From a virus (taxonomy: Duplodnaviria; Caudoviricetes), in IMG/VR virus record IMGVR_UViG_3300045391_006539: a stretch of 64,000 nucleotides of DNA, one strand, 5' to 3'. Of this stretch, positions 23,601-36,080 are shown in pieces. Below the pieces are notes generated by a model. That model saw nothing but the letters and a program-made list of their open reading frames with translations, ran no database searches and had not been told where the DNA came from. Each line of letters opens with the position of its first letter. Within the stretch, counting starts at the first letter, position 1. Position numbers and translations under genes: made by a program.

Positions 23601-24887
23601 CTCGAGAAGGAGCTCGCCGAGGTCACTCTAGCGGGCAACCAAACCGAGCGAGAAAACGAGATAAGAACACTGATGAACAAGCTCTGGTTCAAGTTCAGTG
23701 CAGATGAGCTGTCTCGTTTCATCAGTGAGGAGGAGCGGAAGACGAATGGAAGAACAGCGAGCTGAAACAGACTGTGAGGTCTGCCACAAGCCTATCCCAC
23801 CCCATCGGCAAGGTCAGCTGAGGAGCAAGACTCAACCACGAACCTGTGGCATCGAGTGCACCAGGACCTGGTTGGATGCGAGAGCCAAACGAGAAATGGA
23901 GCAGATGGTAGAGCCCGCATCCCAGTCAGCCGAGGCAACCGCCCATGAAAACAAGTTGACCCGCGTCGAGCGTGAGCTCATGCGCCTCAGTCTCGAACTG
24001 TCTGACCGCAATGAAGAGAACTACAAGCTGACGTCGGAAGTCAACGAACTCCGAGAGATGGCCGAGACCACCGAGAGAAAACTCAGCCAATCGGAGGAGG
24101 CTCGCGAAGTCCTGCGGAAGGAGAATGAACGGGTCCAGGCTCAGGTCGAGGAGCTCGAGGCCAAGCTCGACGAGAAGGATGCGTTCGTTGCCAGTCACAT
24201 CTCGGAGTGGCTCAACGAGCAAGCCGATGACCAGTACGGGATTTTCAAGACGGATAGCTCACGAGAACTCCTCGGCATCATTGCAAAGATGATTGATGCC
24301 GAGTGCTACAAAAAGGATGGCTGATGTGTCCGACGAAAACGACAACAAATACCGCTTCGAGTCGAAGCAAGGCACCAAGGTCATCGTCAGCAAGGACTGG
24401 AAGCGCGTTTGCCCGGACTGCCGGAGGGCAGTGAGTATCGAAGAGTTCGGTCTGCGCGAGATGCCGCCCGACGTTCGAGGCAACGTGGTAATCAGAGACC
24501 AGCCCAAGTGCGGTCAGTGCCGACACGAAAGGAAGGAAGCGCCATGACGACACCCAAACCAAGACTACCCAATCGCTGGGGATGCAGGACGGAGAACGGA
24601 AAGTGCAAGATTCACAACGAGAAGAGCCTGTGTGCCCACGGGTGCAAGCATGCGAAGGAGCATCAGTGCTCGGGCAAGACGAGAACCCCGTCGCACGACG
24701 CGGCCGCGTCTACACCCGCAGCGGCGGAGTAGCCCTCTTCGACTACGACATCGACCCGGACGGGGCCACGACCGTTCGCTTCCTACGCGATTGGCCAGAC
24801 CCCGTCCGGGTTTCCCCAGGGAAGTACGTCACGTTCGAAATGACGACCATGAACGGTCGCGTTCATGGTCGCAGCGTGACTCGAACA

Positions 24888-25049
24888 CTACCCGACGCTG
24901 ACAGTCGAGCCCGACAATCGGAATGTCAGGACAAGACTGCCACAGAAGAATAGAATCCGCCCAGCTTCGGCGAGCTTGGGGTTCGAGGCAAAAACCCACA
25001 ACAGCAAGCCGATGATGGCGATGACGAATGGGACGATGGCTACGACCAT
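24888..25049 (-). CDS. Small two-TM membrane protein (53 aa)
   Basis: MVVAIVPFVIAIIGLLLWVFASNPKLAEAGRILFFCGSLVLTF; AAGGAG RBS on the minus strand. Confidence 0.6.
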   Translation of the reverse strand: MVVAIVPFVIAIIGLLLWVFASNPKLAEAGRILFFCGSLVLTFRLSGSTVSVG

Positions 25050-25110
25050 GTGTGCTCCTTCCGTGGACTCATGGTCGTAGCACGACCCACGAAAGGAAGA
25101 GAATAGACCC

Positions 25111-26235
25111 ATGAAACTCATCTCGGTCACTTTGGCCAATGATGATTCGAAGGACATCATCAGAGCAGCACTCGATAGTGTCGCCGGCATCGTCGACCAC
25201 CACCTGGTCATCTTCACCAGTGAGACATCATCACATGGCATGGCGAGAGCGGTTGCTGATGTTGGTGAGGACAGGCTCTGGACACACGCTTGGTCCTGGC
25301 AGAACGACTTCTCACTCGCCCGCAACACAGCGCTCGAGATAGCTCGCAAGTACTGTGATGACGACTATCCGGGTGAGGTCTGCTTCGCGCTGATGCTCGA
25401 TACCGATGAGCGCATTCATCAAAATGGGGAGAACATCAGCGAGTTCATCGAGGAGGACTACCTCTTGAAGGAGGCCTCTGGACAGCGTACGGGTGTCTAC
25501 TTGATGGAAGACCAGAGCCATCATTACGCCAAGGAGAAGGTCTTCCTGCTACCAGCAGTCGACGTCTATACGGGTCCGACGCACGAGGCTTTTCCCTCGC
25601 ACAAATACAACCCCGTGAAGTTCCCGAAGGCCTACTTCGAGGAGTTGCCCAAGTCACCCGAGCAACTCAAGACCAAGTTCGAGAGAGACTTCGCCATTCT
25701 CAGCAAGCATCTGCTCGAGCATCCCAAAGACCCGCGCTGGCATTACTACCTGGGCGACACTCTGAAGAATCTCGGCTACCCCACCAAGGCCATTGAGAGC
25801 TACGAGGCTTGCGCCAACCTCTGGGGCTGGCCTGAGGAGGCTGCCTGGGCTTGCTACCGCGCTGCAGAGTGCCACCTCGGCCTCAACCAACTCGAAGCCG
25901 GCATTGACAAATGCACGCGTGGGCTCGCTCACCATGCGGGCATTGCCGAGCTTTACTGGATGGGTGGATTCCTCTCATACAAGCTCGGTCGCTACGACCA
26001 GGCCGTGTATTGGTCGGAGGCCGCTGCTCACTATGGGGCCTACAATGGCTCGTTCGAGCGCATTGGGCGCATCGGCTTCCGCTTCGTTCCAGCGCTCTGG
26101 GAGAAACCCTATGACACGCTGCGCTTCGCTTACAAGGAGCTCAAAATGCTGACGGAAGCGTCGAACGCGGAGGCTCACTACAGGGCGGCCAAGAACTTGC
26201 GTACGGGCACGGAGCTGGGAGTGAGTTCGGTATGA
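25111..26235 (+). CDS. Glycosyltransferase family 2 with TPR repeats
   Basis: WQNDFSLARN, LMLDTDE (DxD), YTGPTHE, DPRWHYYLGD and a TPR-like C-terminus. Confidence 0.85.
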   Translation: MKLISVTLANDDSKDIIRAALDSVAGIVDHHLVIFTSETSSHGMARAVADVGEDRLWTHAWSWQNDFSLARNTALEIARKYCDDDYPGEVCFALMLDTDERIHQNGENISEFIEEDYLLKEASGQRTGVYLMEDQSHHYAKEKVFLLPAVDVYTGPTHEAFPSHKYNPVKFPKAYFEELPKSPEQLKTKFERDFAILSKHLLEHPKDPRWHYYLGDTLKNLGYPTKAIESYEACANLWGWPEEAAWACYRAAECHLGLNQLEAGIDKCTRGLAHHAGIAELYWMGGFLSYKLGRYDQAVYWSEAAAHYGAYNGSFERIGRIGFRFVPALWEKPYDTLRFAYKELKMLTEASNAEAHYRAAKNLRTGTELGVSSV

Positions 26236-26705
26236 TGCTCGGACGGTGCCGAGGCGACGCAAGGAGGTAGACGTGTACGACAAACCCCTAGGCGTCGAGT
26301 ACCGAACGCACCGCTTCGACTGTTCCGAGGGGGTCTATAAAGGCGTACGTTTCGAAGTCGAGACCGTGCGTCTCACAGGGGCTGCAGAAGAAGCTGCCAA
26401 GTGGCTCGCCGTGCGGCGTGGTCTGCACCAGCATCTCTGTCTCGAAACGGGCTGGTCCTGCAATCTGCACGTACGCGTGCACAAGGTCGGCAGGAAGCCC
26501 CAGTACCTCATCCGCATGTGGTGGGAACCAGCCACTGACGAAGACCGAGCCAATCCACCGAAGTCCATCGAGGACGTCTTCCTCGAATGGGTCAAAGAGC
26601 TGGACCCTCGAGCGTAGACCCACACATTTCGGTGGGTTGTGTAGACCCCGGCCGTCATCCGAGACGCGCCGGGGTTTTTGCGTTATGGCGAACGAAAGGA
26701 GACTC

Positions 26706-27257
26706 ATGCCCACCGAGAAACGCACGGTTCCGACTGACCCCATCAACTTCAAGGCAGGCGCCTATCAGCACTTCAAGGGCGCTTTCTACAGCGCGCTCTT
26801 CATCGGCTGGGAGCACGAGTTCGTCCCGCAAGGCTGTTTGCTCGTGGCCTATGTGAGCATGACCACTGGCAAGATTCACTTTCGACCGTGGTGCCTGCCC
26901 GAGAAGGACTCGTGGACGGACGAGGTTCTAGTCAATGGTGTCTGGAGACCTCGCTTCAGGCAAGCAGCAACGGCGAGTTTGCATCCCTATGAGATGACCA
27001 CGCCCGAGACAATCGTCGAGCTCATCCAGTCTTTCATCGGTAATACATCGATGGACGACGACACTTACCGCAATATGTTGGCAAAGGTGTGTAACCATCT
27101 GCGCCGCTTGCCCGAGCCCAATGAAGCTCTGCTCGGGCTCTACTACCGCACACAGAATCCCGAACTCAGACACGTCTGGTTTCGGGCAGCCATGACAGCG
27201 CTGCTCAGTGACACGCTCGATGATATGCAGGCTCTCATCGAGGAGATTTCACAATGA
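26706..27257 (+). CDS. DUF1653-domain protein
   Basis: GAYQHFKG.FY ... LVAY ... RP ... PRF motif. Confidence 0.65.
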   Translation: MPTEKRTVPTDPINFKAGAYQHFKGAFYSALFIGWEHEFVPQGCLLVAYVSMTTGKIHFRPWCLPEKDSWTDEVLVNGVWRPRFRQAATASLHPYEMTTPETIVELIQSFIGNTSMDDDTYRNMLAKVCNHLRRLPEPNEALLGLYYRTQNPELRHVWFRAAMTALLSDTLDDMQALIEEISQ

Positions 27258-27639
27258 CCCAGTTCATGCAAGTCCAGTCACCTGGTCTACTCGCCGTTTT
27301 CGAGATGCTCGACTCGACGGGTAGGTCTACAGGCGCTCTTGGAAAGGCGCCCGTCGTCGGGTATTTCGTGAAAGACGACGCCCACTCCGAAACTCGCGAG
27401 TTCTACGTTGCCGTAGTCAACGGCGATGGCAAGGTCGTCCGAGCTGACAACTTCGATGCGAGCGCGCGATTCGTCTCCGTTGATTGGGCGCAAGACCCGC
27501 TCAACACGTTTCAGCGAGTCCTCAGTGGAGTACGCAGACACATCACGCCCAGTGACGATAGTCCAGACGCAAATTTAGATTGAGTAGTGAGATAAGCACT
27601 CTGGTGAAGCATCACCAAACGGAGAAGAAAGAAAGAACA

Positions 27640-29172
27640 ATGACTACGCAACGAGAACTCGAGAAGAAGGGCATCCGTAAGCCGAGCCACCGCGATGACA
27701 AGAAGGTCGTCGAGGACATCCGGCGGGTGATGGTCGAACGCAAGGGCAACAAAATCATCCTGCCCGAGGACATGGAATTCGCCACGGTCGTCGAGGTGAT
27801 GAATCTGAAGATTGCCGAGGAGGAGAAGAACGTCGAGCTCAACTTCGACTTCAACTTCAAGCTCACCGTGCCGGAAGGCGCGCTGCGGCTCTTCAACGTG
27901 CTCGATGACATGTACGGCTTCATCAGCCACATGAAGACGCCCGGGTTCTTCGGAGATACTCCTCCGCAGCTCATGACGGTCAACACGTCACGCACCGAGA
28001 CCCAGACGATTCCCTGGGGTCGCTTCCGCATCCCAGGCATCGAGGGCTACCTCTCGACGGACGTGACCTGGAAAGGAGAGATGCCGTACTTCTGCTTCAG
28101 TGCCGTGGTGCAGGGCAAGTACAAGGACGAAATCCTCCGCATCGCCGATGCCGTGCTGGCCCGGACCGATAGCATCTACAGGGGCAAGACCATCAGCCTG
28201 AAGTTCATCAAACCTTCGCTGGTGACGAGCGTCCACGACTTCTTCCCGCGCTTCATGGAGCTCCAGGAAACGGAGAAGGATGCGCTCGTGCTCTCCAATG
28301 ACGTGGAAGAGCTCGTCGACGTGGCGCTCTTCACCCCCATCGAGAAGACCGAGTTTTGCGAGAAGTTCCGCATCCCGCTCAAGCGCGGCATCCTGCTCGA
28401 AGGCCCCTACGGCGTGGGCAAGACACTGACGGCCACCATCACGGCGACGCTCAGTGAACGCAACGGCTGGACCTTCATCCATCTGGCAGACGTCGCCGAC
28501 CTGGCCAAGGCCTACACGTTCGCGACGACGCACCAACCCGCCATCGTGTTCTGCGAAGACCTCGACCAGGCTCTCAAGGAAGACAAGGGTCGAGACGACA
28601 AAATCAATGCCATCCTCAACTCCATCGACGGTATCGAAAGCAAGGGCGTTCGCATCATCACCGTCCTCACCACCAACAACGTGGACAAAATCACTCAGGC
28701 CATGCTGCGGCCTGGGCGCATCGACACGGTCATCCCCGTGCGACCGCCGAACGCAGAAGCTGCAGAGCGCCTCGTGCGCAAGTACGCAGCCGAGAAGCTG
28801 CCCGAGAGCGAAGACCTCACGCGGGTGGGTCAGTTGCTCACGGGCAAGAACGCGGCCGTCGTCCGGGAGGTGGTCGACCGCAGCACCCTCTCGGCCGTCC
28901 GTCGCCTCACGGACCTTGACCAGCCCATCGTCCTGACTGCCCACGACATCGAGCTCGCGGCACTCGGCATGGACGCCCACAACAAGCTGCTCGAGCCCAA
29001 GCCCCGGGACGAGCGGAGCCCCATGGAGAAGGCGGCAGACGCCCTGGGTGGGCACCTGCGCGCCATCGCGGCGGGCGGGCACCAGACGCCCAATGGGCTC
29101 ACCCGTGGGCTGCCCACGGGCGTCGGCGAGCTGCCGGCGGCCTCGGTGGCGGGTTCTGTCGTGAGCTCCTGA
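27640..29172 (+). CDS. AAA+ ATPase (classical clade, FtsH/CDC48-like ATPase domain)
   Basis: KRGILLEGPYGVGKT (Walker A), IVFCEDLD (Walker B), TTNN sensor 1, AMLRPGRID second region of homology. Confidence 0.92.
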   Translation: MTTQRELEKKGIRKPSHRDDKKVVEDIRRVMVERKGNKIILPEDMEFATVVEVMNLKIAEEEKNVELNFDFNFKLTVPEGALRLFNVLDDMYGFISHMKTPGFFGDTPPQLMTVNTSRTETQTIPWGRFRIPGIEGYLSTDVTWKGEMPYFCFSAVVQGKYKDEILRIADAVLARTDSIYRGKTISLKFIKPSLVTSVHDFFPRFMELQETEKDALVLSNDVEELVDVALFTPIEKTEFCEKFRIPLKRGILLEGPYGVGKTLTATITATLSERNGWTFIHLADVADLAKAYTFATTHQPAIVFCEDLDQALKEDKGRDDKINAILNSIDGIESKGVRIITVLTTNNVDKITQAMLRPGRIDTVIPVRPPNAEAAERLVRKYAAEKLPESEDLTRVGQLLTGKNAAVVREVVDRSTLSAVRRLTDLDQPIVLTAHDIELAALGMDAHNKLLEPKPRDERSPMEKAADALGGHLRAIAAGGHQTPNGLTRGLPTGVGELPAASVAGSVVSS

Positions 29173-29265
29173 GTGACGCTCCCGGACGGCCTGGCCACCT
29201 TCACTGGTGGCCAGGCCTCCTGGCCCACTCATCTACTACTGGATTACAGGAAGGTTCAAATACCC

Positions 29266-30042
29266 ATGTCCCAGCCCATGACGAAAGACCGGCTCGAGCG
29301 AGTGCTCGGCAGTCAAAGCCTGGACGTCGAGAAGCTGCATCAGATGCTCGAGCAGATGGTGCTCGAGACCACAAACCCCGAGCAACTGCGTCAGCAGACC
29401 GTGCAAGCGTACGAGAAGAACAAAGAGGGCGCGAACAAGGAAATCGTGCGCTGCGCGGAAGCTGCCATCAGCATCCTATCGAGCATCACGGGGGATAACG
29501 TCGGCGTATCTCTGCTGGCGCTCGAAGCCGCGCAGCGCCTGCTCATTCGCAGGCACGACCTCTCAGAGGAGTACGGCAAGCTCATGACGATGGCCGACTC
29601 ACTTTGGAAGGACATCGTCAGCGGCAAATTCGACGAGGTCACCGATGGCTACAAGGTCTTGAACGTCCCCGACAGTGTCGCCTCGGAACTCGGCAAGGCC
29701 CTCGCGCTGAAGTCTCTCAGACCCGAAATCGACCCCGATGAGTTTCACAGGGCCAAGTTCACGTTCGGTGACGTCAAGCCATCGCTCGAGGTGGTGAAGA
29801 AGATGAGCCGAAATGATGGCATGCGTCTCGTCCTCCAGCATGTGTTGGGAAACTGGGGACGTGTCGACGATGAGAACGACATCGAAGTCAACAACTTCAA
29901 CATGGGGGCGGATGAGGGCACCATCTTCTCCATCCACGTCATCGACGAGAGCAAAGACCACGCCGACACGGACAATCAGGTCTACATCATCACCAATCCA
30001 GAACACACCGAGACCCGAGTCATCCTGCCGGAGGAGTATTGA
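29266..30042 (+). CDS. Hypothetical protein with C-terminal 'H..GxWG...IIT...T.VILPEEY' domain of plasmid/phage origin
   Basis: C-terminal motif recognised from conserved mobile-element hypothetical proteins. Confidence 0.55.
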   Translation: MSQPMTKDRLERVLGSQSLDVEKLHQMLEQMVLETTNPEQLRQQTVQAYEKNKEGANKEIVRCAEAAISILSSITGDNVGVSLLALEAAQRLLIRRHDLSEEYGKLMTMADSLWKDIVSGKFDEVTDGYKVLNVPDSVASELGKALALKSLRPEIDPDEFHRAKFTFGDVKPSLEVVKKMSRNDGMRLVLQHVLGNWGRVDDENDIEVNNFNMGADEGTIFSIHVIDESKDHADTDNQVYIITNPEHTETRVILPEEY

Positions 30043-31199
30043 TGAGCGGCTGGGGGCACTGGTATGGCAAGCTCGCGGGTGACATCGCCAAGTCCCTCAC
30101 CTGCGCCGTGCTCACAGCCACGTTCTTCTTCCTGACCACGGTCGGACTCGTGGTCATCCTGGTGCTCCGATGAGGATGCAGGACTGGGCGGACATCATCA
30201 GTGACGAGCTGATGGACAAGGTCCGTGATGCCGAGGACGATGACACCCTTCGTGATGCCATCGCGCAGGAGCTCCGCAAGGCGCTCCTGTACGGGCTCGA
30301 CGAAGTGCCCGTGATGAAAGTCATGTATGAGGACTCGAAGCACGGCAACCAACACGTCTATCAGTGGAGCGCCAAGGTCACTGACGGAGAGAAAGCGAGT
30401 GACGAGCAATGGCTGATGAAGAACGGGAGGAAGACGTGGCTGAGGAGGCTGAAGTAGACCTCGACTGCTGTCAGTTCATGAAGCAGGCCCTCGACTACTC
30501 GGACCGCAAGAAAGACTCGGGCAGCTCCCATCACACGGCTGGGCTGGTCGTGGGCCACCTCTTCAACGCCACCTCCGGCAAGCACACGCGCTCGAAGGTG
30601 GTCTACTACATCCCAGCCGTCGGCAAGGGCAAGGAGAGAACCAAGCCGCTCAACGTCCTCATCAACTTCTGCCCGTTCTGTGGGAAGCCTCATGGTGAAG
30701 AAGCAAAAGCGAGTCGCGAGAAAGAAAACAGTTCGGTCTGGAGTGACGAAGTCGAAGAGCCCGTCCACCTCTGGTACTACTCGGAAGATGACGGCTGGGA
30801 AGGGCCCATCGTCGGACACATCAAGTTCCGCCATCGAGACTCGGAAGACCACATCACCAGCATCACCGACGAGGGCTGGCGCAAAGGGCTTGGCTGGGAA
30901 AACGGTAGACCTCTTCAAATTCTTGCTAGGAGAGGAGACCCAGCCCCAGCCAATCCCAGAGATGGTTACTACTGGACCCCCGTGGGTACCAGGCCCTGAG
31001 TACCGCATCACGGAAACCGTGACGAGCGTCTGGTTCTATCATCTATCGGACAAGGACCATCCCTATCGGTCTCTCTGCACGAGAACCACGATGCAGACCC
31101 AGATTCCCAACTCGTACTGGAGGAGGACCCCAGAGAACTACCACATCCCCGAGAAGTGGTGCTGGAGGTGTGAAGAGCTCGCTCGAGCTGGGGTGTAGA

Positions 31200-31560
31200 G
31201 ACCGTTTTCAGTGAAACACAGGGAGAGAAATTCGTAGACCCGTCACTGGGTCTACGAACTCTCGATTTCGAGTTTTTAGGGGTACCTCTCGCTGGGAGGG
31301 AGAACACCCCAAGGGCATTCTCGGAGTCACTATATAAGTATCTCTAGTTAGTAGTATATATATGTTCAGTGTTTTATATTTAAGGACTCCCGAGAACATC
31401 CCGCATGGAGTTGGCGGGTTTTCGAAGAGGTACCCACCTCTCGATTTTTCGAGTTGGTAGTCCTTCGTAGTCTTTTGGGTGTTCCATCACCAAAACTCCC
31501 GACTCGTGAGAAGCCCAGCCTGAATCCGGAATAACTACAGCGAGAGGAAGACCTCTCGGT
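31200..31560. other. AT-rich non-coding region with inverted and direct repeats (candidate replication origin / regulatory region)
   Basis: AT-rich core (TATATAAG...TATATATATG...TTTTATATTTAA) flanked by GGAGTC/GACTCC, a CGTAGACCC/GGGTCTACG inverted repeat and a duplicated CTCTCGATTT(TT)CGAGTT. Confidence 0.5.
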
Positions 31561-34500
31561 AGAAGGGGACAGGAATGCTGAAAGAGAGAATCGTCCAGTT
31601 GTTGAAAGAGGCACCCGAAATCTGGGAACCTGGATGTGACGGACTATCTACGAGTCGAGGTTACCCGGAATTCAATCTGCAAGGACTCATTCTGAAGGCA
31701 GCGGGCTATCACTTGCAGAGCCCAGACCGCACGTACTCATCGACGCCAAAGCTGCCCTTGAATGCACCCCAGCTCTACAAGACCTGGGCGCATTACGAGA
31801 TGACACTCAAGGTTCTCGGCCCAGACCTTCTTGTCGCGCCTCTGGCGCGACAGGTGTGGGCGGAGGAGTATGGAGACCAGGTAGCCCAGGAGCTGCCGTT
31901 CTATGACGAGGAGGACTATCTCGAGGAGAAGCTCGGGTCTTTCGACGACTACGGCAATCGAGCCTACGACGGGTCAGATACGACCGAGTGGTTCTGGGAC
32001 GACCTCGGCAGCGTCTCTCCAGACGACGTCATTGAGCTCTTCGAGACGGGTCTAGCGGACGGGCTCAACAAGTGGGAGAAGCGCAAGCATGACAAACGAA
32101 AACGATGAGTTCGACAAGACCGGGCGAAAGTTCACGGCACTGCTCTCGCCCTGGAACGTCCGGCAAGTCCTGATGGTCATCCGTTTGTGGTGGCCTGACT
32201 CCCAGTTCATCAGTGCCGATACGGGGACGACTCTCAATCCGTTGCTCTTCTCCGTTTCGGGGAAGGTCATCGTCTACAAGTCGGCGACGGTCAGGGTCCT
32301 CGAAGAGATGGGGCAGCTCGACCCCAAATGTAGCCGCAACGTCTTCGATATCGAATTCTCACCCAAGAGCGTCGAGATGGAAGTCGGTGCTCCCCTGGAA
32401 AACAACGAGCTGCACCAGCTCTGGTCTGAAATCACCAACTTTCTGAGATACTGCCAATGACTTTTCTGGACATTCTCGACAAGGTCTTCGAGAGGGAGAA
32501 CGTGCCGCCCTCTGAAGACCAGGACGGCAAGTACTACGAAACGCGAGGACTCGTCACACGGGTCCGTTTCGACGTGTTGTCTTCCGGCTTCACCATCACG
32601 GCGCGGCTGACTGAGTTCGCGCACATGACCGAGGTGCGTTACTCGCATAGTCTGCCTTGCCCACGGGTCGGGTACGACGTGGTGGTGCGCCTCTATGCCA
32701 TACGCCATGGGACCCAGTCGTCGTATCGTCCTCCGCCACGCATCGTTGCTTGGGAAGAAGTCGAGTGAAGCAGCATTATCCCAAGCATCCCATTCGAGAG
32801 GTCCTTCGGCTCATCGTGGGCAAGCGACCTCCCGACTTCGTTCAGGGTTACTCGCTCAAGACGCTCACCGACCAACAGTACTTCGAGCTCCAGCAGTGGT
32901 GCCTCAACAACGAGCCACTCGGTTGGCTCACGGGGTCGGGCATCATTGAGGTTGCCGAGACGCTCGTCGGTGAGGCTGTGGGCAACGCCAATATTCCTAG
33001 AGAGGAGGACAATCCTCGTGCAAAGAAACGATAGACTTCGGGCAAAAAGAAGAGTGAGAGGCCTGACCGTCGACGGGCTCATCGTCATCTTGGTCATTCT
33101 GACGGGTGTGGTGGCACTCGTTGCCGCGGTTGCCATTCGCAAGAAGCGGTCCAGTCTCGACGCCATGGAGGACTCGGCGCGAGACTGGGCCCGGCAGAAC
33201 GGCTATGTGCCACTCGCAGCGACGTGCTCTGGAATCTCAGAAGATTTGTTCATGCGCTGCACGGCCAGGGTGGCCAATCGAGATGAGCCCTTCGGGCTCG
33301 AATGCAGCATCATCAATGGCAACTGCGTGCTGATGCGAAATGTGAGGAACTGACATGGGTGAGAAAACACGCGAACGTAACTGGCAAGCCATCACGCTTC
33401 TCCAGGCAAAGTTGACGAGCGTCAAGCAAGGAGCCATAACACTCGACCGCATCAGCAAAGACCCTGACTCACTCACGTACAAGGCGGCTCAAGGAGCCAA
33501 GTTGGAATACAACGAGGCCGTCAACGAGATGCGTGACCTCATTCAGTGGCTCTTCGATGCAGACAACGTGCTCGACGAAAAGGATACGGTCTTCAATGAG
33601 ATAGAGGCGGATGCCGCCGCTGGCCGTCTCGAGAGATGGTCTCACGGTGAGGACCCTGCGAAGTAATGGCTCGCGGCAAGTACATGCGGAATGGCGTGCT
33701 CGTTCGTTTCGAGTGCACCAAGTGCGGAGGCGGCACCTATGGCAGTCGCTGGCTGGACGCCAACGCCAGCAACAGCGAATCACTCTTCCGGCATTGCAAT
33801 ACACCGGGCTGCCAGACGGACTTCCCGTTAGCCGACGACTACAAGTACTTTTTGGTCGAGGGGAAGTTGTTGCCCTCTCGAGAGGCCTATGAGGAGGCGG
33901 TCTACACTGATAACTATGACGAGGCCTCCGTACAAGTCGCGACGGTGGTCTTCTCTACTTAAAGGAAACCCATGAAGCCCAAGAGCCTCCTGCACCAACA
34001 ACTGTCACATGCGGAATGGGTCATTGCCTGTGCGCTGGCTTTCGCCGTTCTCCTCGTGGGCTTCTTCATCGTTCGGGCTTGGGTGCAGAGCGTCATCCGC
34101 CGGCGCGGGTTCGAGCGCCTGAGCCGCATCCCAGACCCGCCGGAGTACGACCCTTTCGATTTGAAGCGACCGAGTCAGCTGCCGCCGCCTCCCGTCATCC
34201 CCATACCCATGCCCGAAGGGGTGCGGCGGCAAGCCATGCGGACGCTCACCGGTCTCGGGCGTGGTGGGCTCATCGAGCCGCCCACGCGAAGGACGTCTCG
34301 AATTCATGTCTCGCCAGCGACACAGGTAGGTGTCTGCTTGTCGGACTCCGACGCCTGGCGGCTCACGGGTGAGGCGCTGAACTCGCTTCGAAACGGAACA
34401 GGCGGCATGTCGACGAGCGACGACTCCAGCCACGGCGGTCGCTTCGGAGGTGCAGGCGGCTCTGATAGCTGGGACCATGACCTGGATGTGTCTGGAGGTG

Positions 34501-35493
34501 AGGAGTGACTGACCATGGTTCGGATTCGCAGAGTTTGACTCTCGAGGAGGCCAAGCAGTGTTTGGAGCGCCTGGCCTTCGAGGCGGAGAAGTATCGGGTC
34601 ACGAGTGACCGCGTGGTGACTCATCTCTCGGCGCTCGTCGCTCGGAAGGAGACGGAAGTCATCTCATTGAGGAAGCAGGTTCGGAACCTCGAGCGGCGCG
34701 TCGGGACGCTGGAGAAAGTGCTCGATGAGAAGGAAATCCCTTTGCCCGATTGGGAAGGCGGAGATGAACGAGATAAGGCTGTACCACCATGAACTCGAGA
34801 GCATGCCCGAGTACTCGCGCTCGGTCCCGTCAGGACCGACGCTCTTCAAGATGTGGAAGCGCTTCACGGGGTGGCATGGTGAGCCTTGGGTGGTCGGACA
34901 GTACGTGCCGCCACATCGTACGTTCAAGGAGTTGGACGTGATGATTCGTTGGTATCGGGTCGTGCTCAGACATGGCCCGATGCCTCCGACTTGGCAAGTT
35001 CCAGATTGGGGTAACTTTCAGCGCTTCGCGCGCGTGGGGTTTGGCAAATGAGGAAAGACGTAGAGGAGAAGCTCTGGGCTTGGCTTCATGACAAGGAGTT
35101 CTACGAGTTCATGCAGCGCTATCGACATGCTCCTTCTGGAGACCAACGAGGAGTGCAGCAGAGCTTTGATGCTGTGAAGGGCCACATTGCAGAGAAGTTC
35201 ATCGAGCTCACACGAGAGGAGAGGTGACGGAGGCCGAGAGGAAGCTCATGGGCCCCGAGAAAAGACTCGAGTGTTAATCGAAAGGATGAGCGAGAAATGA
35301 ACGACCTACCTTCTCGTGTGAAGGTGCGCGGCTGGGATGGTGTTGCTCTCACCGTGCTCGAGGAAAGAGACGGACAATGGCTCGTACACATGGTGGGTGA
35401 TGACAGAACCTACCTCGTGGACCCAGAGGAATGTACCCCGCTCGATGCAGATGACTTCTGCCCGAGTTGTGGGCAAACGAGGTGTGGACATCG

Positions 35494-35844
35494 ATGATTA
35501 ATAGACTCTGGCAAGTCGACAAGCAGTGCGACGAATGCCCCTGGAGGAGAGACGTTCCTCCCGGGGCATTTCCGCTCCATAGGTTCGAGGCTCTTCGAGG
35601 CAGCGTCGAGCAAGGCTTCGGCACCCTGTTCGCCTGTCATAAAAGCAAGGAGGAAAACAAGAAGGCGTGTGTCGGGTACGTCCTCAATCAAGTCAATAGC
35701 GTGCGAGGACCAGAGAACTTCAACTTGCGGAAGCTCCTGTCTGACGGGAGGATAGACCCCGACCGGATGACCCTGGTCGGACTCCAGTACGACAACTACG
35801 ACGAGATGGTCGAGGCGAACCGCCTCGTGGAGGAAGGACAGTAA
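35494..35844 (+). CDS. DUF6283-like Cys-rich protein
   Basis: CDECPWRRD..PG.F ... FACHKS ... CVG. Confidence 0.6.
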   Translation: MINRLWQVDKQCDECPWRRDVPPGAFPLHRFEALRGSVEQGFGTLFACHKSKEENKKACVGYVLNQVNSVRGPENFNLRKLLSDGRIDPDRMTLVGLQYDNYDEMVEANRLVEEGQ

Positions 35845-36080
35845 ATGGCGAACGTCACGGTGAAGGTCGCGCAGAGACCTTTGGGCCAGGAGGTGTATGA
35901 CCCTGAGCTCACCATCAACTTCTATCCGGGCCAGGAGCTCCCGGGTGTCGTGTCGGAGCTCAGCTGGGACAACTCCGCTGTTCAGGATGGACTACACCGG
36001 GCCTTCGGCAAGCGCGAAGGAGAGGTGCTCGTCGGAGTCATCATCACGGCTAAGGGCATCAAAGGCCACTTCAGGAAAAG

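Noticed and set aside
26350-26385. Partial match of the gapped dinucleotide string of array unit 10479 (ga.ac.gt.cg) to GAG ACC GTG CGT
   Set aside because: Only about 5 of 14 dinucleotides match, which is expected by chance. No convincing self-target was found by eye for either array.
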